This document shows positions 40,663-55,600 of a DNA stretch of 64,000 nucleotides, piece after piece; positions within the stretch are counted from its first letter, which is position 1, and every line of letters starts with the position of its first letter. The notes under the pieces are model-generated. The model made no database searches. It saw only the letters and a program-made list of their open reading frames with translations, and was not told the origin of the DNA. This DNA comes from Bugula neritina. Its lineage: Eukaryota > Animalia > Bryozoa. The stretch is from positions 7,146,707 through 7,210,706 of the forward strand of contig OZ037767.1 of the NCBI GenBank assembly GCA_964035545.1, given 5' to 3'. A program made the position numbers and the translations under genes.

Positions 40663-43600
40663 ATGCTCAAACCAGTTGTTGAATATGACCAGAGCTGCAA
40701 CCTGATTGATGGAAATCATGACGCTTGTCTTCCGACTTCTCCATTGCATACCAACAGAGTTTTGAAAACCTTACAAGCAATTTTAAAACCTAACTGTAAA
40801 GTAAAAGTGCACCGGCTAGATTTTGATGGTGCTGCAGTAAAAATTGATCATAAACCACAAATACAAAATACCCATAACTGTGTGATGGATACATTTGAAC
40901 CACATATTGCTTCCTGTTTACCTGCAATAGATAGTGGAAATAAAGATTTGGATTGCAGCATTCAAACTTTACCTGAGTCAGCTCCAAACACAAACACTCT
41001 GCTTAACGACCAAACTAATATCCTGACGATTCCGAAAACAGTCTCTAACAAAGATTCAACAATTCTTGTAAAACAATGCTCTATTCGTCTTGAAAGACTC
41101 AATTTCTCACAGATGGTAGAAACCAAGGCAGAGTCTAACACATCAAGTTCCCAGCTCTCTGAACACCTCTCAGAGGTTTCTGACATAAAGCCAGTACCAG
41201 TGGAGTTGGAATCTCTAGAGCCAGTTGACTTTGGGTCTCCAGAGAAGGTTGAGCTAGGGTCTCCAGAGAAGGTTGAGCTAGGGTCTCCAGAGAAGGTTGA
41301 GCTAGGGTCTCCAGAGAAGGTTGAGCTAGGGTCTCCAGAGAAGGTTGAGCTAGGGTCTCCAGAGAAGGTTGAGCTAGGGTCTCCAGAGAGGGTTGAGTCG
41401 GAAGTTCCAGAGAGGATTGAATCAAAAGCTCCAGAGAGAGTTGAGTTAGACTCTCCAGAAAGGGTTGAATTGGAAGCACCAGAGACAGCATATTCGGGAG
41501 AGTTGCTTACTGATATATTAGATATTATATCCCACATGCCTGACAATGACTTGTTCACCACTGTAGTTCCTGTTGATGTCTCCAACTCATTTGTCGAACA
41601 GTGGAATGATTCTATGGAGCACTCTACTTTGGCCACTGCAGTAGAAAATTCAGTTACCGATGTAACTGCAGATAATTCTAGTCAATCAGTAATGCAAAAT
41701 AATTCGTCCCTTAATTGTTCAATTAATACTAACGAAATAGGCATGGAAAATGCCCTATCTTTCAATGAAACTCAAGACAAGGCAACAAATAATAGTTTAC
41801 CTGTCAAAAGTGTTCTTAGTGGAATTAATGAGGCTACTCAACTTGATAACACTATGGTGCACCAGTCGCCTCCAGCCAGCAGTATTTCCCATGCCTTTAA
41901 CTTTTCAGACTCACCCCATCCTGATGATAGTACTTGTGCAACTCACAGCCTCACAATTGATTCAGTAAGTTAAACTATTTAGCATCAAACTATAATTAGC
42001 ACTTTGAGAATAAATTATTGTCACTGCTGTAAGAAGTTTGCTAAAAGTAGCCTCCAGTTGGGAGTGACTTGAGTGTAGTAGTTAAGGGTCTCCAGTTTAG
42101 AGTTTGAAGTTCTAACCCAAGTCCTCAACTAATAATTCGAGAACCCCAAACTACTGCACCCAGTCATCTCCTTCCCGCCACTTGACTGTTTATAAAAAGT
42201 GGTTCTATAAGCAGCTCTGAGTTGGGGTGAACAAGTGCAGTAGTTTGGGGTTCTCAAGTTTAGAGTTGGGGTTTAGTAGAGCCCTCTACTCCAAACTGGA
42301 GCACCGCAAGCTATTGCACTCATTCATCCTCAACTACCAGCTGATTATAGTACAATTCGTTTATAGAAACATGCTGTAATGGAGAAATTGGAAAAAGCAC
42401 GTGTTGTAGATAAGAAATTTAGAAAAAAGTGCCCTAAACCAAAATTTATAGACAATTGAAGAACTTGCGCTACCCATATTTCTCATTCCACCTATCTATT
42501 CACTATTTACTTTAAATTAACTAGAAATCAAACGCCATAACTGTATGTTGCTGGGAGACTGAAGTTGAAAATTATTTGATTTTAATTTTTTAACCAGCAC
42601 AAACTCAAAGTTTCAAAATGACATTGTTGTTAATTTGCTAACTATCTGAATCATTGATAAAAATCCATAGAGTGTGGGGGAAGTATGGTCGTTAGTTATT
42701 TTATGATACTAATATGGCCGCCACTCAACATGCCCAAATTTAACTAGATGTTTACTTCAGTAGTATTCCGAAACCACAAAGTAAAGCAAAATGAATTAAA
42801 CTTCATGACTATATGTGATTGAGTAAATAATGCCATAATTGTCAACAGTAAGCCTAGGGCCACACTGTGCGTATTTTCGTTGAGAAAACATTCGCACTTG
42901 TCTCTCAGCATTCTGAACGCAAGTGCGAATCGTCTCTGTCGTCGTCACCTAATTGGCTGGTAGTTATTCAGCGAGCTCAATTTCTTTATTTTAGTGCTAC
43001 ATTCCAGTAAATTGCGTTTTATTGAAAGCGAGTGCGATTTAAAAATGAAAGCTTTATTTATCACGCTTCACTGACGCTACAGTGGACACCTTTGCTACTT
43101 GTGGTTTCAATTTTCGCATGCGAAAATACGCACAGTGTGGCCCTAGGCTAACAAATACTTGAGATAGGCCTCACTATGACTAACATCAAACGAGGCTACA
43201 CGCACTGATACAAACTCAATTGTCTAAAAAATTTGAAATATTAGGATGCATCTGTGCAAAAAGTTGTCATGAGAAAACAAATCCTAGCATTGACAGCACT
43301 TCTTCAAAAATTAATGTTTCAAACAAAATGTCTATTATAGTTATAAACTATGAGTGGCAGCTTAATAATAAAAAAGTTTTTGGGGGAACAACTCTTAACA
43401 TTGATGAAACTTTGGCTATCAAAAATTTTGGTTTTAGACAAAATTCCTATAATGTTAGATGACAGTAAGATTAATGTGCGTTACTTTGGTCCACCTGTAC
43501 TCTAAATCGATCCTTTGCTATGTAGGAGAATCAGAATCAGACTGAGCACCCTCAACTGATGCTGAAAGAGCTGAGAGTTATGGTGGAACCTCTGGCCCAG

Positions 43601-46600
43601 GAGGTGCTGCAGGGTCTCCAACCCACTCCTCCAACTCACCAGAAGTTGGCTGAACAGCAGGTCCATCTGTCAGTCTCAAAAGGCAGTCCTTATTCAGAAG
43701 AAACAGGTTAGTCATGTTGATAGTAGCCATCTTGAATTAAACCTTATCATCTCTGCGCTACAGCTAAAAATAACACCCCACATCGTACCAGTTGTTTTAT
43801 CTAGTTAGTAAGTAGGTCATAACAATGGGCCAATATCATTGGCTGTGCTTGTTCTGCTTGAGTGAACATTCATAATGTTTGCATTATCCTACATTAGTGG
43901 GTTTTCTATTACATACTCATAGCTACTGGGATTGTCATAGCGATAATCACGATTGTGACTACAGAGGGAGCACTTGGGCCAGATGAGTGGTGCTAAGGTT
44001 TTCATGTTAACCCTCATCTAATCCAAGTGATTGCTATCTGTCAATTACAACTGTTAACTATTCAGTAGTTAGTAATTAGCTGAGAATCTGATTATATGGT
44101 GATAAGTGACTAAGGATTTTAGTTATCTGTAGTTCCAGAAGTTTTTTTACTAAGCTGGTTTTTAACATTTAAAGCTCCCCCCCTTTCAAACCTACTGCAG
44201 ATATTGTTTTAGTGTTGCAAGTACCTTATAGTTAAAAGAAACTGCAAATCTTTTTGCCTTTATTGGCCAGTTGTGAATTTTTGACCAGCACCCATAACCT
44301 AATTCGATTATCCAAAATTTTTGCCAATTATAGATGGCAGGCAGTTTCTATTTCTATCGCTAACTCTCATTTCAAAACCTTTGCTTATTGGCTAGTTCAG
44401 CCTCAATCACCTTTAATCATTCTGATCACAACAGTGAGCTTCAACAATCTTGACACTCACTTTTGAGTTGATCTGTTTTTCCAAAAGCGCTTTGCACTGT
44501 GCTCTGTAGTCCCTAGTTATCAACTGGGAGAATGTGAATAACGTAATGAAAGGTGACATTGGTAATAGTATGTAGTAAATCCATGCCAGCCAAGTTGGTA
44601 TATATGCATACCATTACCATCTGTATACAATGCAGCAATGCCAGCGTGCCCTATAAAAGTTCAAAAGTCAAGAACTACCCAGCCTACTAGCACTACTGAA
44701 TGGTTGATTCCAATACGTGATTTTGGTTATCCATCAACAGCTTAACTAGACTAACTTGGAGATTGATTTGTTTTTCACTACAGCACCAGAAACTCGATAT
44801 CCCACCAGTTGGTGCCATTATGACCTGCTTGTACCAACAGGAATGAAAAATAACATCGGTGACAGAATTAGAGCAATCAATACACATGTTGCTAAAAATT
44901 GACAATTTTAGTTACATTTCCTATTTTTAGTTAAAAAGTGTTGGCTTAGATTTTCAGTTTTTTAGGCAATTGTAACTACGGATTATTGTGGGTATTTGTA
45001 TGCACTTACAAACTAAAATGTGGAAAAAAATGCACTAACATAGTGCATTTTAGTGCTAAACTTCACAAATTTTCTGTAACTACTATCAACAGTTTAATGT
45101 CATGAATCTTACCTATGAAAAGGTTTGGGTGAACCTCAAAACTGCTGATTGGCCAATTACAGCGTTATTCTGCATAAGATGTGATAGTTTAGCAATAAAT
45201 GTAAAAACAAGATATATCCCCTCGATGCAAATTTTGCTACTGTTTATCCCAGGGCTGTCCAACAGGCGGCCCTAGGGCCGGATGTGGCCACCAGCCTACA
45301 TTTATGTGGCCCTCGAAGGCATAAAGCTAAAATAATTTTTCACTGTTTACATGAATTAAAGTGAAAAGCCACCTTTTAAATGCCTTATTTATACAAATAG
45401 CACAAAAAATGCAGCTGGCAGTAACTATTGAGACTTAATTGTGTAATGATTCATAAAGTTTTGGAATAAAGTAGTTTGAAAAATACTGATGCTGTGGCCC
45501 CCAGCACAAGCTGAAGCTTACAATGTGGCCTTCACCATAAAATATTTCATTTCTGTGGCCCTCGGTTTAAAAAGGTTGGACACCCCTGGTTTATCCCATT
45601 TATGCGATTTTAATTGCAAAGCTGAGGTGTATCATGTAAAATGTAGATAGTATAAAACCTTTGCCCCCACTAGAATTAGAACCCTGTACCATTAAACCAC
45701 AGAGGGGACCATTACACCACAGGGACTACTGGGTAATTTCAATGCTACAGATAGGATATATGATGTAGCATGAACATCAGGCACATTATCTCTCCTACAA
45801 GCTGCTGCCACTTATACTTTTTAATAAAGAATTGGTGTAAGTGTACAAGTACCTGCATCATAAAACTCAGCTGTATAATAATAAAAGTTGAAAAAATATT
45901 AGCAAACATACTGGTACTAAAATATCCTAAAACGTGGTTGTCCGACAGGTGGCCCCCCAGCCTGCATCTATGTGGCCCTCAAAAGCATAACGAATGAAAT
46001 TATTCTGCACACTACATTAATTGGAGTAGAAAGATAACCTCTTAAATGGTTTTTCTACATACACAAATACACAACCTGCAGTAATTATTGGGACCTCATT
46101 GTACAATGATCTAAGAATTTAGAAAAATGCTGATACTGTGGCCCCCAGCTCAAGTTGAATTTTACAAAGTGGCTCTCCCTTTGAAAAGGTTGTACACACC
46201 TGCTCTAAATCAACAACATTCTCATCACCAACCAAGGGATTGCAACTGTGCTCTAGCAATCTAGCGCTGCACCAATGCAGATCAAGGTTATAAACGATCA
46301 ACTAGGCTAACCTAAATCCACAAACTTCTTTTTTTGGAACTGAATTTCATTTCATATAGTGACATACTAGTTTTAGCAGTACTAGTTTTTAGTTTTCCTA
46401 CCTGTGCCATTATTACATGTGCCATTTTTACCTGTTCCATTTTTACCAAAAATCAGTTTTAGCAAATGATCAAGTCTGGAGCTATGAATGCTATAATGTT
46501 AGAAAGTTTGTACTGCGCTAGATAGCCTTTCCATGCCTAGATATAGCTTTTCTATTACTACCCTTCACAGTTTTATGAAGCAAAGCACAGGGCAACAAAT

Positions 46601-49600
46601 GCACAGAGCACTCATACATTTTGAACTGATTCACTGTGTTCAAGCTGACACTCACGGCATCCTTTAAAAGAGACAGTCACCGATTGAAAAGTGTCCCAGA
46701 GTTCACTTTCTTAGTGTCTGCTCCTTGTCTTACTTTCTACACAAATTTCACTCAATAGTTTAAAGTATACAATACTGTACATTTATAATTATAATAATTG
46801 TATTTAATTTTAATTCTAAGTCAATTTAGGAATCAATAAAATTGTAAGTATTTATAATTGAAATTGAAGAACTTTCTTGCATATTGATATTCATTATCAA
46901 TGGTTGTACTGGAATGATTATAAACCCTGTATTGCACACTCATAATTATTCAGTACAATTAGAATAGTAAGTAAGCTATAAAAATTACCCGCTAAACAGT
47001 AGCTAGTCACTAACTACTAAGGAACTTTCAACTAGTAACTAGTGATACTGATTAGAATAATCTAATAATTTAATAGTAACGTTATCTATTTCATCAAAGG
47101 CTGAACTAAACAGCCAGCTAATGTAGCTGATTCACAATTCCATAAATTTTTTGCAAGAATTATAAATGACAAGTTGATCCAACCACTGTAATAGATAATA
47201 ATCATAATGGAAGTCAACTTGAGTAGTGATCAGTTTGATAACATAGCAAAAGCTAAATGATTGAGAATAGCTAGAGTAGCAACTTTAATTATTACAGACA
47301 CTTTTCATCCCATGCACTGGCAACTAAATTACTAGTAACTCACTCAGAGGTTATCCATACATTCAGAAAAACTATAGTTAAAGCATTTAAAATTTTACAT
47401 TGAACTTGGAGGCTAGTTAGTAATTATCATTATGATTATGTTATGTAAGATCATTTCAGTTTTATGCAATCATCAATGTCTAGAATGTAGAAGTATACAA
47501 TTAGTCTTCTTCTATCCTTAACTTGATACTCCGCTGACAAATTCAAGAAAATTTCCTCACCTGCACTGCAGTTTCTATAGCTAGGGCTTTTACCTCATAT
47601 TTCCAACTATTAACTAGAGCTTAGAGTTTAGACAGCCTAATAAATTAGCATAAAGCATGCTACTCATTTTGTAGCAAAAGTAGTCTTGCATTTGATTGGT
47701 CAATGCTACCAATCACAGCTTTTAGGCTATATTGGCAAGGTGGGTTCAGTTATTCAATCTCTGCTAAGTCGTTTAGTTTGGATTAGCTGTATCCATCTTA
47801 CTGATCAACCATTTGAGACTATAAGTCAACTCTGTGATTGACTTATACCTGCTGACAACTGCGTATTTTCTGAGAACCAGCAGACTCTCCTTAGAAAGGA
47901 CTAAATGGTAACTGGACTAACATGACATCACCATGGACATCACGTTTGGCTGATCTTGAGTGTTACATATTGTGGCAAGCTTGCAAAGACTGCAAAAACA
48001 TGCAGTGATTTCTCATGTACAGATCTCAGTTATACTGCAGCTGGTTACAGACATGGGAGCAGATCAAAGTTTTATCTTAGTTCAGTTTAATCTCGTGCCA
48101 AGCAATCCATCGACAAATGACCAAGATCAGAGCCAAGCAGCTCGATTATAGGTAAAGATGGCACAATCGGAAAAGTAGGTAAAATGGCACACTAATGTTA
48201 AATTTTCCCAAACCTTAATCCTTGAACATTAACCCCAAACTTAAGCCCCTATACCCCTCATTCCAAACTGCCAACCCAAACCCTAATATTGAAGATGTGC
48301 CATTTCTACCTAATTGGGCATTTGTGCCATTATTACCTGTGCCATTATTGCCTGCGCTATTTTTAGCTCTGCCATTTTTTAGTGCCATTTTTACCAACGA
48401 GGAGCAGCTCATACCAAAAGGCTAAAAAAATTTGTTACAAAAAAAACAATGTGTTGGTCAAATTGGTGAAAAGAATTTTTACTAGTACTTTTGTTGGATC
48501 ATCAAAATTACCATTACCAGGTGCCAAAAGGGTAGAATGTTCTACTGATTTATTGTAAACATATACAAAAAAAACAATAAACTTTCAAAGTAAAAAGTTT
48601 GTAGTTGTACAGCATGTGAACGGATAATTTTTTTTCAAAACTTATCGTTGAGGTAGAAATGTAGACAGGTTGCCTAAATTTATGTAGCCACACATGCTCA
48701 CACAATGAGAAGGCAACTACAATAAATTCTTTTTGCCTGAACTAGCTTCTTTGGAACTGAGATTCAGGCTGTAAAAATTTCAATGACTCAATAGCAAAAT
48801 TTTATCTATGGGGTTAATTTTTTACTCCAGTGACTTTTTACTGCTTAAGCAAAAAGTTTATAGCTTTCATGACATTTTCCAGTTGTTCTATTTATTGATT
48901 CTGCTTACAAAAAGTTAGTAAACCAGCAATTTTTGATGGAAATATGAAGCATCGCAGGTGGCACAAGTTAAAAATAATTACACTGCAGTCAAAAATCAAA
49001 AGCTGTAGTAATCCTTCAAAGTAGTTCAAATTTATGAAATTTGGGTTATCTCGGTGCCCAAACATGAATTTTGATAATGAAGAACCTATGAGGGCCAGTC
49101 AAAGCTTTGTAAAGCATCATCTGTGAATTTAGTTTGAATTTAATTAATACGTAGTTTCCCCGTGAATCTTTGCCATCTTTTTTTAACCATTGCATAATTT
49201 TCCGTTAGCATGACCCTATCACTGATATTCAACCTTTTGTCTCAAATGCTCCTCCAATACTCTTTCAATCTCCTTCAATGCACCAAACATGTAAAGGTCG
49301 TTCTGAATCAATTTAAACAAGTTTTATCAGTAACCGTTACCTTGAGAAAAATTATTCGGCTTTCTGAGCTTATCGAATTATCACTGGAAGTCCTCAGGCA
49401 GTGTGCTTTGTGGTTATGCATAAAGGTTTCAGTCAACCAGCAGCAGCTGTGTTTTAAAAATCTTCAACTTTCATGCTCAATTTTGTGTACCAGGATGGAC
49501 AAAAGTCAAATTCACTTATTCTTACCTTTAAATCATCATATCTGATGAATGGAATTTGACATATCCTGTAAATCGTCTGGGATTGAAATTGAGCTGCTAA

Positions 49601-52600
49601 CCTTATGGTGCTGGCTAGTCTTCAATTTGCTTTTAAACCAACAAATTGCCACATGTTGACCAGCGAAGTAATAAATAGTAGTTTGGTTGAGAAATTAAAG
49701 GCACGAAACCTAAATCTAACACATTGACACATCGTAGGCTAACTATTTTCACGTTTCCTATTTGTGGCAATAAATATTTTGGGGTTTGGAAAACTGGCTG
49801 AAAACCTTAAGGTCTGAGCACATTTGGCAAGAACATCCATTCTTCAAAGCTAGCTTAACTTGGATATGATCATAACAAAACCCATTTAAAAATTAATTTT
49901 TGAATCTTCAAGAAGTTTCTCATTAGCCTGTTTAGTGGCTATTCCAGTAATCTTTTTTTAGTTTTTGGAAAACTTACCACAATATACACCAAAGTGATTT
50001 ATTTGTTTTTGTTTCAGATATGTTATCCTCTACAGATGTTGTTCCTCTAAAGACCAATCTTACAGAGGAGCAGCCACTTTTACATTTTTCAAATGAACAG
50101 AGAGAGTATGGAGAAATCCAATCTGATTTTAGTTGGTCTGTCCAAACAAGTCATAAGTTTTCGTCTTCACCCGATTCTTTAGAAAATATGAGCGATGTAA
50201 AACAGGAAAAGGACATAAATCAGAGTACAACCGAAGAGGACACAGCGTCTAATTTTAAAAGTATCTTGTCAGAAAACAGATCCATCAAAATTATGGTGCC
50301 TAAACCAAATTCGCAAAAATGCAGTACATCAATGCGATATTGCAAGGAAGTGGATAAGTCTCAAAAGAAAGATGCTTCAGAGTTAGAGTATTGTTCTAGT
50401 CATTCAAATAACCTGGATAAGTGCCAGGATTTTATCACAACAGATTCGGAATTTGCTAAACAGCAACTAGCCAATGAGAGTCACCAAGTAGCCAATGAAA
50501 ATCACCAAGTAGCCAATCAGATTCACCAACCAGCCAATGAGAATCACCAAGTAGCCAATCAGATTCACCAAGTGGCCAGTAAAAAAGACAGAAAGAAGGT
50601 TCCAAATACCCTTTATAACAAAAGAAAATATGTCAGGAGTAAGTTCAGTTGTGCAGTCTGTTGTAATGGTGTCGGCATATTGTGGGGGTGTCAGCATATT
50701 GTGATGGTGTCAACATATTGTGATGATGTCAGGATACTGTGATGGTGTCAACACATTGTGATGGTGTCAGCATATTGTGGGAGTGTCAGCCTATTGTGGG
50801 GGTGTCAACATATTGTGATGGTGTCAGCATACTGTGATGGTGATAAGAAAGTGATAAGAAACATCTAGCTATCATCCACTAACATCTATTATTACTAACT
50901 ACTGGATGAAGAATAACCTGGTGTTAGATTGTCTCTAGTAATCTTTGGGCTATCTATACACCTATCTTGTTTTAATCATTTGAAAATTTGCATTTTTTCA
51001 AAAATTTTAATTAACAATTTGTTTTCGGCCTGCTGCAAATTTGCATTGCTCTTCAAAGCTTTTTACCAATTAGCCGGAATGGGTTGGTCCTGTATACTCA
51101 TGGACCTTGGCCACCTCAGTAATTGTAGCCAGTAACAGAACCTTTTATCCTGTTTTATTTGCTCTAACCTACAGTAGCTCTCCAAACTTTTAATGAATAA
51201 AATATGCAGCATTTCAACATTCATCTTCATTTATTAAATTTCGCATGAAACCAACCTAATTCACCATTGAAGAAAAAAAATTTTCGAATTGAAGATGGTC
51301 ACTTTTGTATCATTTGGTATGCTGTTTCCTATATCTTGATACTGTGTAGAGGGGGGGGGGCAATGCCCAATCTTGCAAAAAATTTATTGACAAAATGGCA
51401 GTTCTTTATTTACTTCATACAAGTTTACCTGAGAATATTCAAACTTGGCTTTGACTGAAATGGTGTTTTCGCTTGCGATTATAGGAAAACACAAATATTT
51501 TGTCTTGTTTGAAATGAGAGACAAACTTCAATTAGTTTTAATTGTCTAAAGTTAAATGAAGGCCTTCTTATGCTGTTGCACTGATGTGAAAAAATGATAC
51601 TTTTGATTTAATGAAGTTAATAGTTGGTTTAGGGTTCAAACTGTGATGCCCTTCCTGACATCACTAATGACCTAGACTCAGACCCAAAGCTTGTGTTATA
51701 CTGGGCTGTAACCATTAGCCTAGGTCCTAGGGCAATAGCTATTAGCTACTAGTAATTAAATCTTAATTCTTACTTTCTAAGAAAATATTTATAACTTTCT
51801 GTCCCTCATTACTGCGTTTCTATTGCTTTTAATTGGATTTTTCTGAACAGTTGCATCGAATAAAACCACAACCAAAAGTTAATGCAAACCGCAACCACAA
51901 ATCCTTCCACATCCATACAATCCATTTGAAGCAATGGAAATGCAGTGGATGTAGGTCACATCAGAAATCTTCATATTCTATGCTCTACTGTAAAGGCCCC
52001 TGTTGCTTGTAAAGCTGTACCCTTGTGCGCTATTGTATATTGCAACTACTCTTTCTCTCATCTTAATGGTTGGTACTTTCTTCCTGTCTCTCTCATAGAC
52101 TGTGGACCTGTAGACTTGAAGCAGCAACTGATGGGGACCTCCCATAGCCGCACCCATTTAAGTAGAATGCAGCAAGTTGATGGGTCTCCTGGCTCCTCCA
52201 GTGCAGAGAGTGATACAGAAACAACTAAACTCTCAAAACCTTGCAATACTACCACTACTAATACTACAACTCCTAGTGATTTTGGATTGTTTGATTGTGA
52301 AACTGATGATGATTGGATAGATTTTCGAAAAAGTGCTGTAAAGTCAATAGGTAGGGGCTAATCATGTACAGATGTGTTTTGTTTGGACTAACATAGGTGG
52401 CCTCTCTTTACTAACCTAATCTTAATAAGCTCATGTGGGTTTATAGCCGCCATCCCTTGGTTTTTTAAACCTGGTAGGTTGTTCCCGCAGCAGATTTAGA
52501 TTGGGACGGGAAAAATCGGCCTAATACGGCCCCACGCTAAGCAAGCTAAGAAGCAATTGTTCGTAACATCACCAATGGCCTTTACATGGATTCGAACCAC

Positions 52601-55600
52601 TGGTTTCATGATTACTAAGCCAGTGCTCTAACCACTAGAGCACTGCTGCTTCTTATGCTGGTATTAAAACCTTACTTTCCTCACTTATCTCTGCTCTGTC
52701 CTGTTTGGGTAACGGGAACAGATTCTTGCTTCAAACTGTGTTTAATGGTTGACACTTTTGATTTATATTAATTAAAAATATGTATATATGTTTTAAATAT
52801 TCATTCAAACATTTGTTTTTATACAAATTGCAGTAGGCCCCTATGTTCATAGTACCTCAGTTATTTTTATTTCTCACCTATCTCCGCTTTGTCCTGTTCA
52901 GGTAGCGGGATAGTACCTCAGTTATGGCGGTTATTTATTTTTAATTTGTAATCTATCAGTCTTGACTTGGCAGTTTTTTCTCTACCAAGATTTGAGAACT
53001 ATGCCCAAGAGTTTTTTTCTTGTTGAAGTTGCATGTAGCTACCTCACGTAATGATTATTGTTAGATGTATTGCAGATTTTCCAGAATTATTTTTTTAAAA
53101 CTGTTTTTATATTCAACTGCAACAAGAACAACTTGAAAATTAGAACTTAGTCTGTTGATACATTTTTTTCTTTGACCTACATTTTTTCCGCCTTCACGTT
53201 ATTATCACTAAGTTCATGCATGTATGATAAATTTATTGATAATTTTAAATTCAATATTTTTTAACTTATCCACTTGTATAATATAATCTGAGATACAGGC
53301 AAAATATTTGCGTGTGTTTGCGATGCTTTAGAGACCAAAACACGTTTGAAGCAATCAAATCACCAACCCAATGGTGCACAACTCCCTGCTACAACATTCA
53401 CTGCGCCTATTGGCAAGAAAGATGCTTATAGAAACAAGCCACTAAAGTTGATTGCACCAATGCCAACTTCATCAAAGGTCATGTTTGAGGTCACTGAGCA
53501 GAAAAGTAGCCTAAAGGAAAAGTTAATAAAGCTGTTGCGTAAGTTCAAAGTTTATTCACCAAATGAGCAGAAAAATTATGTTTATGAACATTTTGTGGAA
53601 AATAAGCATTAAATGTGGTAGTAGGACACTTTATGTGAGGGGGGGGGGGGTAAGCCTCTAGTAAATACAAAGTTTGGGCAATAGATTAGGCTATAATCTT
53701 TATAAATCTCTCTTTTAGCTGATTGTTCATAAGCAATGTGTTAAATTAAGAGCAAATTGATGTCTATTATAAATACGTTTTTTTTTCTACTGCTAGCAAA
53801 ACAATACAATATAGGTCAACCTGCCACGGCATCTTTTGCTAAACCTGCTCTCCCAACTCCCACACCTTCCAGTGAAATATTCGGTAGTAAAAAGGCGCAA
53901 AAAGGACGTAAAAAGACACAGAAAAAGATGTCTGACAGATCTCACGGAGTTCAACAAGTGGGCTTGAAAAACACAGCTAAGTCTTCATCAACTGGTAAAT
54001 AAAATTCAGGTTTTACTAGAGAGAATATGGTTACTTCAATTTGTATAAAATTATTTATTAAATATACAGAAACATCTTACTAAGTTTAAATTCTTGAAAA
54101 TTGAACATTGGGGGTATTAAATTTACTTTTTAGATAGTTTAATATTGTTTTATTTCACACAACATTTTCCCTTCACATCTACAAGATGTTCATTGGTGAT
54201 TTTTGATGAAAATGTTTTATTTAAGGTTCATTTGCAGTTTCTATTGTTCTAGAGAAAAAGAAGTACACGAAAAAGTTAGATATCAACCCAAGTGCTGTAA
54301 CCTTGATATGTAAACCTTCCACCAGTGAGAGTCATGGGGGCAACACGTCACTCCTGAAGGGAGCCAAAAAAGTGAAAAGTCATTCTGCCCTGAACCAAAA
54401 GTCAAATATATCCCAGAATTCCCGTAAATCTAATTCAAAGCATATCGATGCAAAATTTCACTCCTTGATAGGTAAGTAGCCTAAACATTCTATTAGAAAA
54501 TTTAGACTTGTCTTATGATACGTCACTGTATATTCTAATAACGCATTTGTATGTAAGTATAGTGTTTATTGTATTGGTTTTGAAAATTGGTTGTTTAATT
54601 AGGAAATAAAATTCATAACCTATGTGGACCTACTTTTGGCTGCGGGGTAGTCAGGTCTTGTACCTTTTGAGTGTTTATGACATGCTGGTAAGAATTTTGA
54701 CCTGGAGAAAAAATTTACTAATACAAATATTTTCTTGGAGCATTATAAAAATTATAATAAAAGTAATGTGTCATAACTAAATATAACTATAAAGCTAGCA
54801 CTCCAAATCTTTTTATTTTGCTGATATCAGGCATGTCATCACACGTTTACATTGTATTTATATGGTAGAAATTCTATAGTAGGTTGAAGCATGCATTTAA
54901 AGTCTAAACGACCATAAAATAAAACTTATTGTGTGGTTGTGAGAGTTAAAGCAATAAGTAGTTAAGTGATTTCAACCCTTCCTTGAAGTCAGCAAATTAT
55001 TCGTTCAGAAACCATTTGGTTATTAATACTCCTATTTGCTAAAATTGTGTCCAAAAACAATACATTCAGTAAACTGTAGTATAACTTTAAACTAATGTTT
55101 AATTTTTTATAGATACATTAGATACATTAGAAAACAATATACATAAGCATTTCCCCAGGAAACAATAACAAGAGTGCACAAAAAAAGATGTGTTGAAATA
55201 AAAGAGCAACACACAACTGTTTTTTTTTTCACAAGCACATTGGTGGCTAATTAACCCAAATATGAGAGAAGCAAATGTGGCAATATTTAACATGGCCATG
55301 TGATAAGTCTGTGTTGGTCAAGTCTTGATTTTTCTTTTTTGTTCGTTTTTCAACAACAATGAAATTACCTTTTGTGTGTACTAAAGAAACAGATTTAGTG
55401 TATTCCATTACGATACATTTATTTGCAGCATCTCTGTGTTACAACCCCATGGACCCTACCGGGAATGCAAGCTCTGTGAACCTCTGCAGTAGAAGGGAAA
55501 GCACTTTTGCAGATGCAGACCGCAAAGAAATCATTAGTCGTCTGCTGAGTGATTTGACGAATAGCATCCACTGCTCACACAACCACAAGACTTGCTCTTC

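Noticed and set aside
40962-41636. 224-aa antisense ORF with SGDPSSTF repeats
   Set aside because: Shadow of the plus-strand coding 24-bp repeat. The plus frame has splice sites linking it to later exons.
51851-52010. Extra exon of the zinc-finger gene (LHRIKPQPKV...WKCSGC)
   Set aside because: Its open frame is not phase-compatible with the best upstream donor, and direct splicing to 52099 preserves the frame.
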